Below are positions 1-9,485 of a stretch of DNA of 64,000 nt, piece after piece. The stretch lies in assembly GCA_963664395.2 (NCBI GenBank), contig OY761159.2, positions 1,280,001 to 1,344,000 on the forward strand, given 5' to 3'. Origin of the DNA: Candidatus Binatia bacterium. GTDB lineage: Bacteria > Desulfobacterota > Binatia > Bin18. Numbering within the stretch: position 1 is the first letter of the stretch; the number at the start of each line of letters is the position of its first letter. The notes beneath the pieces are model-generated. The model did no database searches, was not told the DNA's origin, and saw only the letters and a list, made by a program, of their open reading frames with translations. The position numbers were made by a program, and so were the translations under genes.

Positions 1-875
1 ACATTCATCGTGGCGATCACTCGCCTTTTTCCCAGATAGGTCCAGCCGTGCTCATATACCTTGCCGCCGAAGCCCATGGCGTCTTCCATGGTGTAATCCA
101 TGCCCATGACCTCGCTGGTGCGCTCGGAGGCCAGCGTTCGCCGCGGCTTGCGCTGCGCCGGCACATACATCCAGCCGTCGTCCTCTTTGTAGTGATCCAC
201 ATAGGTTTTGGTCAGCATTTTTGCCCCGGCCAAGTCACGTGGCGAGCGGAATTCCATCAGCTGCTTGGTTTTCACTTCTTCATAGCCCGGCACCAGACAG
301 TGGTCCCCCTGGGCATAACGGGAAGTGACCGCGGTAAACTCAAACTGTCGGTCCAACTGTCCGTTCGGACTCCGCGACCAGGCCACCATAGGCATGATAT
401 AGTCTTCGGCTCCGGGTCGCCACAACATATTCCAGATAACTTTCTGCGCCGCCTGCGGGTCGTCGGCGTCGATATCCGGGAAGGGAAAGCCCCCGCCTTT
501 AAATCCGGTCAGCACGCCCCCCTCATCCAGTTTATACCCGGACGGGACATTCTTGCCCCAATCTACCGGGGGCGGGTAGGTACCGGTTTCTGCAATCTCC
601 ATATCCATGCCGTCAAAGAAGTAGTATTCCCACGCCGGCTGAGGAATGAGCCTCTCAAGGATGGCGCGGTCTTTGAGGGTGAGATGCTGGCCGGGGGTCA
701 GCTCGGTCTCCGGACCGGCGTGCTCAATCCAATTCCGCAGCGTGTCATAGCTCTGGTCCTGGTTGGCAAGCGCCGTCATGGGCGACATCCAGAGGCCGCT
801 GAGCATCAGCGCCAAGACGGTCACCGGGAAATACGATAAAAAACAGACGGGCCCCTGTAGCGCTCGCTTCTCCAT
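1..875 (-). CDS. DUF1329-family secreted/periplasmic protein (3' end outside window)
   Basis: Not in the ORF track. Read manually from ATG at 875 (RBS GAGAGG), open to the window edge. Signal-like N-terminus; motifs FPFPDIDADDPQAAQKVIWN, WMYVPAQRKPRR, WTYLGKR. Confidence 0.75.
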   Translation of the reverse strand, partial: MEKRALQGPVCFLSYFPVTVLALMLSGLWMSPMTALANQDQSYDTLRNWIEHAGPETELTPGQHLTLKDRAILERLIPQPAWEYYFFDGMDMEIAETGTYPPPVDWGKNVPSGYKLDEGGVLTGFKGGGFPFPDIDADDPQAAQKVIWNMLWRPGAEDYIMPMVAWSRSPNGQLDRQFEFTAVTSRYAQGDHCLVPGYEEVKTKQLMEFRSPRDLAGAKMLTKTYVDHYKEDDGWMYVPAQRKPRRTLASERTSEVMGMDYTMEDAMGFGGKVYEHGWTYLGKRRVIATMN

Positions 876-903
876 ATATGCGCCTCTCTTGTCTGAAAGC
901 AAA

Positions 904-981
904 GAGAACTTTACTTTTGTGTAGATTTCTTTACTCGTAGTAAGTATTGTACATATTCCTTTCAGTCAAGGGAAAGTTCTC
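904..981. promoter_or_regulatory. AT-rich divergent promoter region with candidate TetR operators
   Basis: TTAC-N5-GTAA (931-943) plus a similar site at ~911-925. 9-bp inverted repeat GAGAACTTT (904-912) / AAAGTTCTC (973-981). Confidence 0.3.
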
Positions 982-1002
982 ATCTTTATCTAAGAGGTAG
1001 GG

Positions 1003-1713
1003 ATGGCAAAAAGACGACAGCTCATAGAAGAAGAACTCCTCCGCATAGCCACGGCATGCTTTACGCAGCGTGGTTATAACGAAACAACGCTTGATGACAT
1101 AGTCTCTTTGGTCGGAATTTCTCGGGTGACGTTCTACACCTACTTTGAGAGTAAGGCCGCTCTGCTGACAGCGCTCTTTACCCGTTCCCTCAAAAACTAT
1201 CGTGCAACATTGGAAGAACTCCTCGCTCGACCGCTATCACGTCCGGAGAAGATTCGACAGGTGATGGCTCATCAGATCGCCTCTCTCACTACAGACCAGC
1301 CTCTGGTTCGTCTCCTGTTTCGCGAGGAAGCAAACCTCCCTCCGGAAACGGTCCGGGTCGTTGAAAAAATGCAGCAAGAGATCGATCTTCTCCTCGAGAA
1401 TGAAATTCGGAACGGTATCGAGAGAGGCGAAGTCATCAATGAAAATCCCCGGCTGCTGATGCACGCCTTTACTGGCATGTGCAACTGGTTATACCGTTGG
1501 TATCAGCCCGGGGGTGAGATTACTCCTGAGGAAATCGTTCGGGTCTTTAGCCGTCTGCTTGAATCCGGAGGGCTGACACCTGAAACGCGTCCAGACAGTG
1601 GCGCGATTATGCGATCGCTGCAACACGTAGAAGCCCATCTCACTGACGTACAGCAAGAACTGGCAACAGTCTCCCAGCAGCTTCGTCTCAACAACGACCC
1701 CTCACGCGCATAG
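1003..1713 (+). CDS. TetR/AcrR regulator, KstR2-like C-terminal domain
   Basis: HTH GYNETTLDDIVSLVGISRVTFYTYFESK; GMCNWLYRWYQPGG; RBS AGAGG. Confidence 0.9.
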   Translation: MAKRRQLIEEELLRIATACFTQRGYNETTLDDIVSLVGISRVTFYTYFESKAALLTALFTRSLKNYRATLEELLARPLSRPEKIRQVMAHQIASLTTDQPLVRLLFREEANLPPETVRVVEKMQQEIDLLLENEIRNGIERGEVINENPRLLMHAFTGMCNWLYRWYQPGGEITPEEIVRVFSRLLESGGLTPETRPDSGAIMRSLQHVEAHLTDVQQELATVSQQLRLNNDPSRA

Positions 1714-1718
1714 GCAGG

Positions 1719-2975
1719 ATGGGTATCTGGGCAAGCAGCGCCATGCAAAGAAAACGAACCGGCTTCAATGTCTTAGCTGCCGTACAGATCGGGATCGTGT
1801 TGCTCTGGCTCGTGATGACATCTTCATTTGTCCAGGCCGCTTCGCTCCACTTACAAGAAATACGCCTGGCGACTGAGGGGAGGACGCGGAGGGTCCTGTT
1901 TCATTTTTCTCATCCGCCTGACTCCATCCAATCTTTCTCCTTATCCTCGCCCTCACGCATAGTAATTGATGTGCATGGTCCTGTGCGAAAATTGCCGTCT
2001 CGTACCTATCCGGCAGAGGATGCACTACTCATGCAAGTACGCACCGGATCACATCCACAGCGCCTGCGCCTTGTCCTGGACCTGAACGGCCAAACAGCTC
2101 CGGTGCATTCGGTTGAACACCAAGCGACCAAGGTCATCCTCAAACTTGGAGAACAACCTGGAGAACAACCTGGAGAACAACTTGAAGAGCAAGACGGCGG
2201 CTCTCCACCGGTTCGTACCCAGGTACTCTTTTCACTGTCTCATACCACGCTGGCCTCCCAGCGCGGACTCAAGAGTCCGGCTCCAATCCCAGCTTCGCTC
2301 CCCCCTGCGTCTCCGCCTTCCCCTCCGATTGAGGTGAAGCCAGCCCCCTCTCCAAAGCCCATATCCCAACAAGCCCGTTATCACCTTGAACAGGGACAAA
2401 TTCTCTATGATGCCGGCAAGGTTGATAAGGCCATCGTTCAGTGGCGAGAGACCCTGCGCTTGGCTCCGCATACGGCACAGGCACATCACCTGTTAGGCAT
2501 TGCATTTCGAGACCAAAAAGATCACACCCAAGCGGCGACCGCCTTTCAGCAAGCGCTCCAACTTGAGCCGGATAATGCCACTGCGCACGTCCATCTTGCC
2601 CGAGCGTTCGAAGCGCTCGGGAAGGAGCAAGACGCATTTGAGACCTATCAAAAGGCCTTGCAATTGGTCCCCTCCGCACCGTACGTCCACAATCGGCTGG
2701 GATATCTATTAGCCGAGAGAGAGGATTGGCAGGGTGCGGCAAATGAATGGTACCAGACCATACAATTGGCCCCTCGTTATGCCTATGCCTATGCCAACTA
2801 CGGCGAAGCGCTCGAGAAAATGGGCAGGAAGAAAGACGCGTTAGCGACATACAAGAACGCCGTCCCAATCTGCGTGCGCTTTACGCAAGCGTTTGAGGAT
2901 CGGAGAAAAAAAAGCAACGCAGAGACCCTGTGCGCGGAGATACGCAAACGTGTGACGCGCTTACAAGGGACGTAG
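1719..2975 (+). CDS. Secreted AMIN-domain + Pro-rich linker + TPR protein (paralog 1)
   Basis: Signal peptide; AMIN-like FSLSSPSRIVIDV...VRTGSHPQRLRLVLDL; about 5 TPRs (AHHLLG, AHVHLA, VHNRLG, AYANYG). Confidence 0.8.
   Translation: MGIWASSAMQRKRTGFNVLAAVQIGIVLLWLVMTSSFVQAASLHLQEIRLATEGRTRRVLFHFSHPPDSIQSFSLSSPSRIVIDVHGPVRKLPSRTYPAEDALLMQVRTGSHPQRLRLVLDLNGQTAPVHSVEHQATKVILKLGEQPGEQPGEQLEEQDGGSPPVRTQVLFSLSHTTLASQRGLKSPAPIPASLPPASPPSPPIEVKPAPSPKPISQQARYHLEQGQILYDAGKVDKAIVQWRETLRLAPHTAQAHHLLGIAFRDQKDHTQAATAFQQALQLEPDNATAHVHLARAFEALGKEQDAFETYQKALQLVPSAPYVHNRLGYLLAEREDWQGAANEWYQTIQLAPRYAYAYANYGEALEKMGRKKDALATYKNAVPICVRFTQAFEDRRKKSNAETLCAEIRKRVTRLQGT
2148..2183 (+). repeat. 12-bp in-frame tandem repeat (GEQP)x3
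   Basis: GGAGAACAACCT x2 + GGAGAACAACTT. Confidence 0.9.
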
Positions 2976-3002
2976 CTGCAAGCCATCGGAAAGCCATCAG
3001 CG

Positions 3003-4388
3003 ATGAAGAACAATCCAGCTTTCAGCTTACTCATAGTGACTTGGATCGGGATGGGTCTGATAGCCCCCTGGCAGAGTGTTGCCCAATCTCTTGCTCGGCC
3101 CTCGGGATTGTATGTGCAGGAGATACAGCTCGCTCAGGGCAGAAACCAACGGACCCTCAGCCTACACTTTTCCCAGCCGCCGGGCTCTGTCCACGCCTTT
3201 GCCTTACTCTCACCGGCCCGCTTGGTCATTGATGTCAGAGGAGAAGTCGAGCGCTTAGCCTCAGCCACGTATACCGTAGCCGATGCGCTGATTACACGGG
3301 TTCGGGCTGGCTCCCATCCTCACTACACCCGTTTCGTGCTTGACCTCAAAGCGAACCAGATTCCGCCTTTTTCGGTTGAACAACAGGCACATGTGGTGAC
3401 TGCTATCCTGAACAAGCCGGACAAACCGTACGCTTCCAATGACAACGCTGAACAAGCTGATGGTCCTCAACAGGGCAACACGCAGGTGCTCTTTGCCCGC
3501 GCCCCAGAGACCAACTCTCAGCGCGTTCTCCCCAGGCCAGCCCAGGCGCCCGCGTCTCCCGCTCCGACGGTCTTCGCGAAAAAAGTGATAAAAAATCTCC
3601 CTCTGCCCCCACTCCGCCGAGCAACGCCTCCTGTCCCCGCACCCCGTGTGACGCCTGACAGAGAAGTTCCGGCGCAGGCCGCCCCCTTACCGACATCTTC
3701 CCAGGGACTGAGAGCGGCTGTCCCGCTCAAGGACACTCCCCCATCAGTCCCTGAGCTGCCAGCGCCCGCCCCGGTCATCTCGTCTCAGGACACCCCGCAA
3801 CCACCGCCTGTGTCAGCCACCGCCTCGCAGCATCTCAGACAAGGCTATACCCTCTATAATCAAGGAAATTTAGATGAGGCGATTCGCCAATGGCGCGAAG
3901 CCATACACCAGGCTCCCAGCCATGCTGAGGCGCATTATCGGATAGGAGTAGCCCTGCAAGAACGCGGAGAGTTGGCCCAGGCAATTACGGCATTTCGCGA
4001 AGCCGCGCGTCTCAATCCGGATGACGCGACCACCCATATTCATCTTGCCCGGGCATGTGAGGCCGAAGGGAATACCCAAGACGCGCTGGCAGCCTATCGC
4101 AAAGCCTTGCAGTTGATCCCGACTTCAGCCCATGTGCATCATCGCGTTGGGCATTTACTCGCGGCAGAAGGTGATCTGACGGGGGCTATGCACGCGTGGC
4201 GGCAGACGATCCATCTTCAGCCCGATTACGCCTATGCCTATGTGAGCCTTGGGCAGGCCCTGGGGCAAACCGGCCACAAGGACGAGGCATTAGCCGCCTA
4301 TGAGCAGGCTCTTCGATTAGACCCCCGAGCGCCTTTTGTCGCCGAGGTACGTCAGCAGATTGCTCGGCTGCGGGCGGCTGAACTGTAA
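3003..4388 (+). CDS. Secreted AMIN-domain + Pro-rich linker + TPR protein (paralog 2)
   Basis: FALLSPARLVIDV...VRAGSHPHYTRFVLDL; TPRs collinear with paralog 1. Confidence 0.8.
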   Translation: MKNNPAFSLLIVTWIGMGLIAPWQSVAQSLARPSGLYVQEIQLAQGRNQRTLSLHFSQPPGSVHAFALLSPARLVIDVRGEVERLASATYTVADALITRVRAGSHPHYTRFVLDLKANQIPPFSVEQQAHVVTAILNKPDKPYASNDNAEQADGPQQGNTQVLFARAPETNSQRVLPRPAQAPASPAPTVFAKKVIKNLPLPPLRRATPPVPAPRVTPDREVPAQAAPLPTSSQGLRAAVPLKDTPPSVPELPAPAPVISSQDTPQPPPVSATASQHLRQGYTLYNQGNLDEAIRQWREAIHQAPSHAEAHYRIGVALQERGELAQAITAFREAARLNPDDATTHIHLARACEAEGNTQDALAAYRKALQLIPTSAHVHHRVGHLLAAEGDLTGAMHAWRQTIHLQPDYAYAYVSLGQALGQTGHKDEALAAYEQALRLDPRAPFVAEVRQQIARLRAAEL

Positions 4389-5330
4389 TCCGTGCGGTTC
4401 ATGCGCGAGAGCCACATCAGTCCGGGGACGGCGGAGGGCAGCCTGAAAATTCGGGAGAGACAGAATACGACCAACCGTACGACTGAGGGTCAGCGTGAGA
4501 GCATCGTCAGCCGTGCGATAGCGGTGTTGCGCGCTCCCTCGCGGCGGGTCGTGGACAACGTCCCAGACCTGCTCCTGCCATACTACCCGACCGGACGGTA
4601 ACTGATACAGGGAGAGCGTGAGTGACACCGCGGCGCGTGTGGGCCCGCGTACCGGCAATTCGAGCCGGCGTGACCCGACGCGGACCTGTTGGTAGCGGCG
4701 CAGGCTGAACAGAGAAAACTCGTCTATCGTGCAGCCCAGAGCATATGCCGCCCGCTGATTTTCCGCTACCAACGGCTCCGGAAAGGGAAACGGCAGCATT
4801 TCCGTTTCAATGCCAACCTCGCGAAAGTGCAAGGTCAGGGCGTATTGTACGGTCTCGGGAAGCCGGGCGAGGGTAAAGAAGGTCTTGGGGATATCCGGGA
4901 GCTGCGGCATCCCCGCGTCCATGTGGCGCAATGTTCCGAGATCGGGGACGCTGCCAGCTGGAGCGATGGTCACTTGTCCTTCTTCAAAATTCAGACCGGA
5001 GAATCCAATGAGAGCGCCCTTTTCATCAGGCAGCGGGATGTTTTTCTGTCGAGTTTCGTGGATTCGCACAGACGAGCGGCGATCAAGCGGGCGTAGGACG
5101 AGTACATACAGCGGTGGGAGCAGAGGAGGCTTCCGCCGCGTCAATCCAGGAATATATCCAACGCTTACAGAGTGGACTTTCGGGGGGCGCTGTACACGGC
5201 GCAATATTTCCGTCAGCCATACGCCGTCATCAATCACAGGGCCACATCCAACCAGACCCCCAACGAGCAGCAGGCCAAGGAGCAGCCACGAACGGGAGCG
5301 TTGAAAAGGGAGTGTATGACCTCTGCACAT
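4317..5330 (-). CDS. Hypothetical lipoprotein
   Basis: Hydrophobic stretch and lipobox LVGC; 3' end overlaps the convergent gene by 72 bp. Confidence 0.6.
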   Translation of the reverse strand: MCRGHTLPFQRSRSWLLLGLLLVGGLVGCGPVIDDGVWLTEILRRVQRPPKVHSVSVGYIPGLTRRKPPLLPPLYVLVLRPLDRRSSVRIHETRQKNIPLPDEKGALIGFSGLNFEEGQVTIAPAGSVPDLGTLRHMDAGMPQLPDIPKTFFTLARLPETVQYALTLHFREVGIETEMLPFPFPEPLVAENQRAAYALGCTIDEFSLFSLRRYQQVRVGSRRLELPVRGPTRAAVSLTLSLYQLPSGRVVWQEQVWDVVHDPPRGSAQHRYRTADDALTLTLSRTVGRILSLPNFQAALRRPRTDVALAHEPHGLQFSRPQPSNLLTYLGDKRRSGV

Positions 5331-5496
5331 GTTTTGGATTTCGACCCTCCGAGGCTAACAGGAGACCCGTGGGACGCCTGCACGCACTGTACTATGCCAG
5401 TGCATCAGTCGCTAGGGGGATGCACAGGCCAAGCGATACAAAACTTACGTCCGCTAGCGCGTTTCACGATAAGTTGTAGCCGTGCCGTTACGCTCT

Positions 5497-5571
5497 CGTC
5501 ATGCCGGACGTGATCCGGCATCCAGAGGCCGGGGGGTCGGGAGCCTGGAGCCGGCTTGCGCAGGAATGACG
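5497..5571. repeat. REP/MITE-like palindromic element (CGTCAT...ATGACG)
   Basis: CGTCATGCCGGACGTGATCCGGCATCCAG...CTGGAGCCGGCTTGCGCAGGAATGACG; internal hairpin and inverted ends. Confidence 0.7.
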
Positions 5572-5611
5572 GGCGGCTACACAGCATCGTCGGGTGGCTA
5601 CACAGCATCGT
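5570..5611. repeat. 21-bp tandem duplication
   Basis: CGGG(C/T)GGCTACACAGCATCGT x2. Confidence 0.85.
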
Positions 5612-5684
5612 AATGTGCGTTAGCCAGGATGATGAGAGACCCGCGGTGGAGGAGCGCCCCGCAGGACCGGGGTGGGTCGCTCCC

Positions 5685-7021
5685 CTACTCCACATCCGTA
5701 ATCACAAAGTTCTGACTATTCTGTTGCCACTCCAAGGTGACGGTCCGGCCCATGTCCGGGAAGTCCTCGACCATACACTCCCCCTCCACATCCCGCAGAA
5801 ACTCCGCGCCCAGCGTCGTCACCCGCACCGTGGCCCGGCCCAACTCCTGCGCGTCTGCATAGGCCACCACCGCATGCTCGCCCTCGCCCAGCAGATTCCA
5901 GTTGAACAACAACCCAAACCCATTGTCCGTGTCCCCACACACCCCGGCCGTATCCAGGCGCTCGGTGCCATACGCGGCCGCCTGCCGCCCGGCGGCCCCA
6001 ATCTCAAGCTCGACCGCTTCGGCCTCACACACCCAGCCCGAAATCACCCCGATGCCACTCTGGAAGGAGTTGGGTCCCGGATTCTCCAGATACCCCACGC
6101 CCGCCGTCCCGGTCCGAATCGGGCCGCGCGGAACGCTTCCCTCCGCGATCACGAAATTCTGCTTGCTCTGCTGCCACACCAAGGTCACCGTCTCGCCCAT
6201 CTCCGGGAAGTCCGCCCCCTCACACGTCCCCTCCACCTCCTGCACGAACTCCGCGCCCAGCGTGGTCACCGTCACGGTCGCCCGGTCGAGTTCCACACCG
6301 TCCACGAAGGCCACCACCTCATGATCTCCGTCCCCCAGCAGGTTCCAGTTGAAGAGTAAGCCAAAGCCGTTGTCCGTGTCCCCACACACCCCGGCCGTGT
6401 CTGCCCGCGCCGTCCCATACCCCGCAACCTGCCGCACGACCGCCCCCCCCCCTCTCTATCTCTCTGTCTCTATCTCTATCTCGACCTCCTCCCCCTCACA
6501 CACCCAGCCCGAGATGACCCCAATGCCGCTCTGAAACGAGTTCGCGCCCGGGTTCTCCAGAAAGCCCAGCAGTAACGTCACCTGGAGGCGATACGACCCG
6601 GTTTGCTGCCCATTGCCTGCCACCGCAATCACCACCGGCCCCGGCGCGACCCGTGCACTGAGCCGGAAGTTCCGCCCCGCGCCCCCACCGGCGGCCATGG
6701 CCAACGCCTCTCCGTTCTGCCACAGCCGTCGAACGCGACGCTCGCCGCGTTGGAATAATGGTCTCCGGTAAAGATTTCGATGCTGCTCAGTGTGTAGCCG
6801 CCTGAATTGAGCCCCGGCCCCGTGGTGAAACGCTGTGCCCGGTCAATAGAGGCACCGCTGGTGTTCCCTCCCCTGATGTTGCTGACCAGGGTTCTGGCCC
6901 TCTGCGCGTCGGCCTGCTGCGGGGCGGCGAGCAACAGCACGGCGAGCAACAGCAGGAACCCGGTAGCCGCGCGTCGGGAGGTGGGTGGCACATCTGCTCT
7001 CGCCTGGTGTTTGTTCTGCAT
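5685..7021 (-). pseudogene. Decayed large surface protein: signal peptide + choice-of-anchor-R-like start, out-of-frame junction, then a duplicated Cys-containing C-terminal domain
   Basis: N-terminus LLLLAVLLLAAPQQADAQ-TLVSN..AQRFTTG..GYTLSSI. Frame break near 6730. In-frame TAG at 6456-6458. Two copies of LENPG.NSFQSGIGVISGWVCE...YGT.R.DTAGVCGDTDNGFGLLFNWNLLG...WQQ..QNFVI. Confidence 0.8.
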
Positions 7022-7153
7022 CGTGTGCTCTTGTTGGAGCGGTCGCCCGCAGCCCAGGGCTGCGCGGCCGCTCCGTTTCATCTGATAATCTTCGATTCCT
7101 ACTGTACGTCTGTGCATGCGGTTGATATCCTTACCGGACAGACTCGACGCCCG

Positions 7154-7379
7154 GGTAGTGTCTCAGTTTGAATCCTTTGGATTTCGCTCTCGTATGGCGG
7201 ACCTTAACTCCGCCTGCCGCAGTGTTTTGGCCTCACTGATAAATAGGGATACTACGCATAATTTGCCGCCCTTGTCCCTACCAAAATTGGTAGGAAATGA
7301 AAAAAAATGACGAGGGCGTCGAAAAAGATGGGCAGGCAATCAGCGGCGAGGAGAAGCAATTTCAAAGTGAGACACTACC
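7154..7379. mobile_element. MITE (226 bp) with 19-bp TIRs and a target-site duplication
   Basis: GGTAGTGTCTCAGTTTGAA (7154-7172) / TTCAAAGTGAGACACTACC (7361-7379), 1 mismatch. Flanking direct repeat GACGCCCG (7146-7153, 7380-7387). No transposase. Confidence 0.9.
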
Positions 7380-7670
7380 GACGCCCGGAACAGCATAAGG
7401 ACGCCGGGCCGGTGTAAAGACCATACGCAGATGGAGTGAGGCCCTCCCTATTCCCCCCGCCCCGGATCGCGACTCCCAGGGCATAACAGGGATGTTCTAT
7501 TCGGCAGGCAACCCGACAAGTTGTCTGCGTGGCCCTTTACAAGGCCGAACCTTAGCCGGGAAGAGAAAATGAAGTCAAAGGCCGGAACGAGCAAAACCCA
7601 CGCCGTCACGGGGTGCCGCGCGCGCGACCCCGATAGCAGCCCTCCGCCCGCACGGACAGACCGTCCGGGC

Positions 7671-7721
7671 TCACTCGGTCTCGGTAATCACAAAGTTCTG
7701 ACTCGTCTGCTGCCACTCCAC
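7671..7721 (-). pseudogene. 3'-terminal remnant of a second surface-protein paralog
   Basis: Encodes VEWQQTSQNFVITETE*, matching LEWQQNSQNFVITDVE* at 5685. Confidence 0.8.
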
Positions 7722-7849
7722 CGGCATGACGAGCGCGCAATGGCATGGCTACAGCCTAGCGTGAAACGCTCTGGTGATAGGGTCAAGCGATCTCTCGCAC
7801 TGGCATATAGTGTGCAGTGACAGTAAGAAAGGGCCAGAGGATTTCTAAA

Positions 7850-8395
7850 ATGTCACATTCCCCTACGACTGATCCGTTTGCGGATATCTTGAGTACCACG
7901 AACACACACCGTGCCCAGCATGGCTGCGGGGCCTACCCGTATGATAAGGGCACATTACTTGGAGTCCTTGCGGCGGCAGTCAAGGCTACTCGGATTATCG
8001 AGGTGGGGACCGCCCTCGGTTACAGTGCCCTCTGGCTTGCCCACGGCGCTCCAAATGCTCAGGTCGATACTATTGAGAGCGATCCTGAGCACGTTCGTAT
8101 CGCCCGTCAACACTGCATTGACTATCAGATGAGCAACCGCGTCCACGTCCACCATGGTGATGCCCCGGCAGTCCTCGGCGGCCTTGGCTCTAACGTCTAC
8201 GATCTCGCATTCTTCGACGGATTCGCGCCAACACCTCAGTTGGTCGCAAGTCTATATCAACGGCTACGAACCGGCGGTGTTCTGGTATGTGCGAACCTCA
8301 CACTCGGCCCTCACAACGCGGACGATCTCCTCGCTGATCCAGACGCCTGGCTGGTGCATTCATTTGGTGAGACTGCCATTGCGGTGAAGCGTTGA
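7850..8395 (+). CDS. Class I SAM-dependent O-methyltransferase (YrrM/CCoAOMT-like)
   Basis: IIEVGTALGYSALWLA; YDLAFFDG; LRTGGVLVCAN. Confidence 0.85.
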   Translation: MSHSPTTDPFADILSTTNTHRAQHGCGAYPYDKGTLLGVLAAAVKATRIIEVGTALGYSALWLAHGAPNAQVDTIESDPEHVRIARQHCIDYQMSNRVHVHHGDAPAVLGGLGSNVYDLAFFDGFAPTPQLVASLYQRLRTGGVLVCANLTLGPHNADDLLADPDAWLVHSFGETAIAVKR

Positions 8396-8396
8396 T

Positions 8397-9465
8397 TCAG
8401 TAGCCGCGCTCCCAGTCCAAGACATTCAGGAGGGCTTGGCCGCTGACGTAGCGTCGCAGATTCTCGCAGAACAACTCCAGGCCCTTGGCCTGCTGCACAT
8501 CCGTTCCACCCGACGTATGCGGAGTAATGACAACATTCGGTAGTTGCCAGAGTTCCTTCGGTGGCGGCCCGGTGAATTCTCCAGTGTAGACATCCAGACC
8601 AGCCCCGGCGATCCAGCCTGCCTGCAATGCCTGGGTGAGTGCCGATTGGTCAATGATTTCACCCCGGGCCACATTGATGAGATACGCACCCGGTTTCATC
8701 TGGCGTAGTTCAGCTTCACCAATGAGTCCGTCCGTTTCTGGTGTCCACTGTGTACTCACCACAACGAAATCACTCTGCTCAAGCAAAACAGACGAGTTCT
8801 GAGGGCGGCAGTAGTTGGTCGATGCCCTGCGTCTGACTCTGCGAGGTGGTTACTGACCGCCGGGTTGCCACGACACGCATCCCGACTGCTTTGGCGAGAC
8901 GCGCAACAGCACTCCCAATACCACCCAGGCCGATAATGCCGACGGTTTTTCCCTGGACCAGTATGGGCCGATAGGCGCGACGTTCGAACGCCTGCTTGTT
9001 CTGATCATGAAAAGCTTGAGGCCACGACTTCGCAAAGAGAAGGATCGTGGACAACACATATTCTGCAATAGGCAAAGAGTTATTCAGCCCGCGCGACGTG
9101 GTCACAACGACGTTGCTGCCCCAGATGTCGCACATGCGCAGATTCGAGGCACCCGCCGGTGTTTGGTGGAGCCACTTGAGGCGGGGCGTCCGAGCACGTA
9201 GATCGAGCGGGAAAGGGAATCGAATACAGATGACCTCGGCTTCAGCCAGCAGGGCATCCCGCTCGGCGCGGGTCGAGGTGTTTGCCGCGACGAGGGCCTG
9301 TGGGACGTAGCGACGAACAGATTCCGCCGGCCAGGTCTCAGCGTACTCAACCTCGAACTTGCCGCGTGCATCGACAACCCGAATGCGGGCATCAACGGCC
9401 GCTATCTTTTCTATGACGGCGTCTCCCACCGCACCGAGGAGCAGGATGTTGAGAGGCGGGGCCAT
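8397..9465 (-). pseudogene. D-2-hydroxyacid dehydrogenase with a single frameshift near 8795 (or sequencing error)
   Basis: GIIGLGGIG in ORF 8779-9525; INVARG, AGLDV, ITPH in ORF 8397-8786; one extra base joins ...PSEL/SVLLEQSDFVV. Confidence 0.85.
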
Positions 9466-9485
9466 TCGGGTTGCCGGCAGTCTGC

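Noticed and set aside
48-839. 263-aa plus-strand ORF
   Set aside because: Antisense shadow of the DUF1329-like gene, which has the RBS and family motifs
5570-5611. Mini CRISPR array
   Set aside because: Two adjacent 21-mers with no spacers and no cas genes
6443-6452. C10 tract as the cause of a phase-variable frameshift
   Set aside because: The flanking ORFs are in the same frame; the interruption is the TAG, not a shift
6456-6458. Pyrrolysine or amber readthrough
   Set aside because: No pyl genes are seen, TAG is used as a normal stop elsewhere in the window, and the gene is already broken upstream
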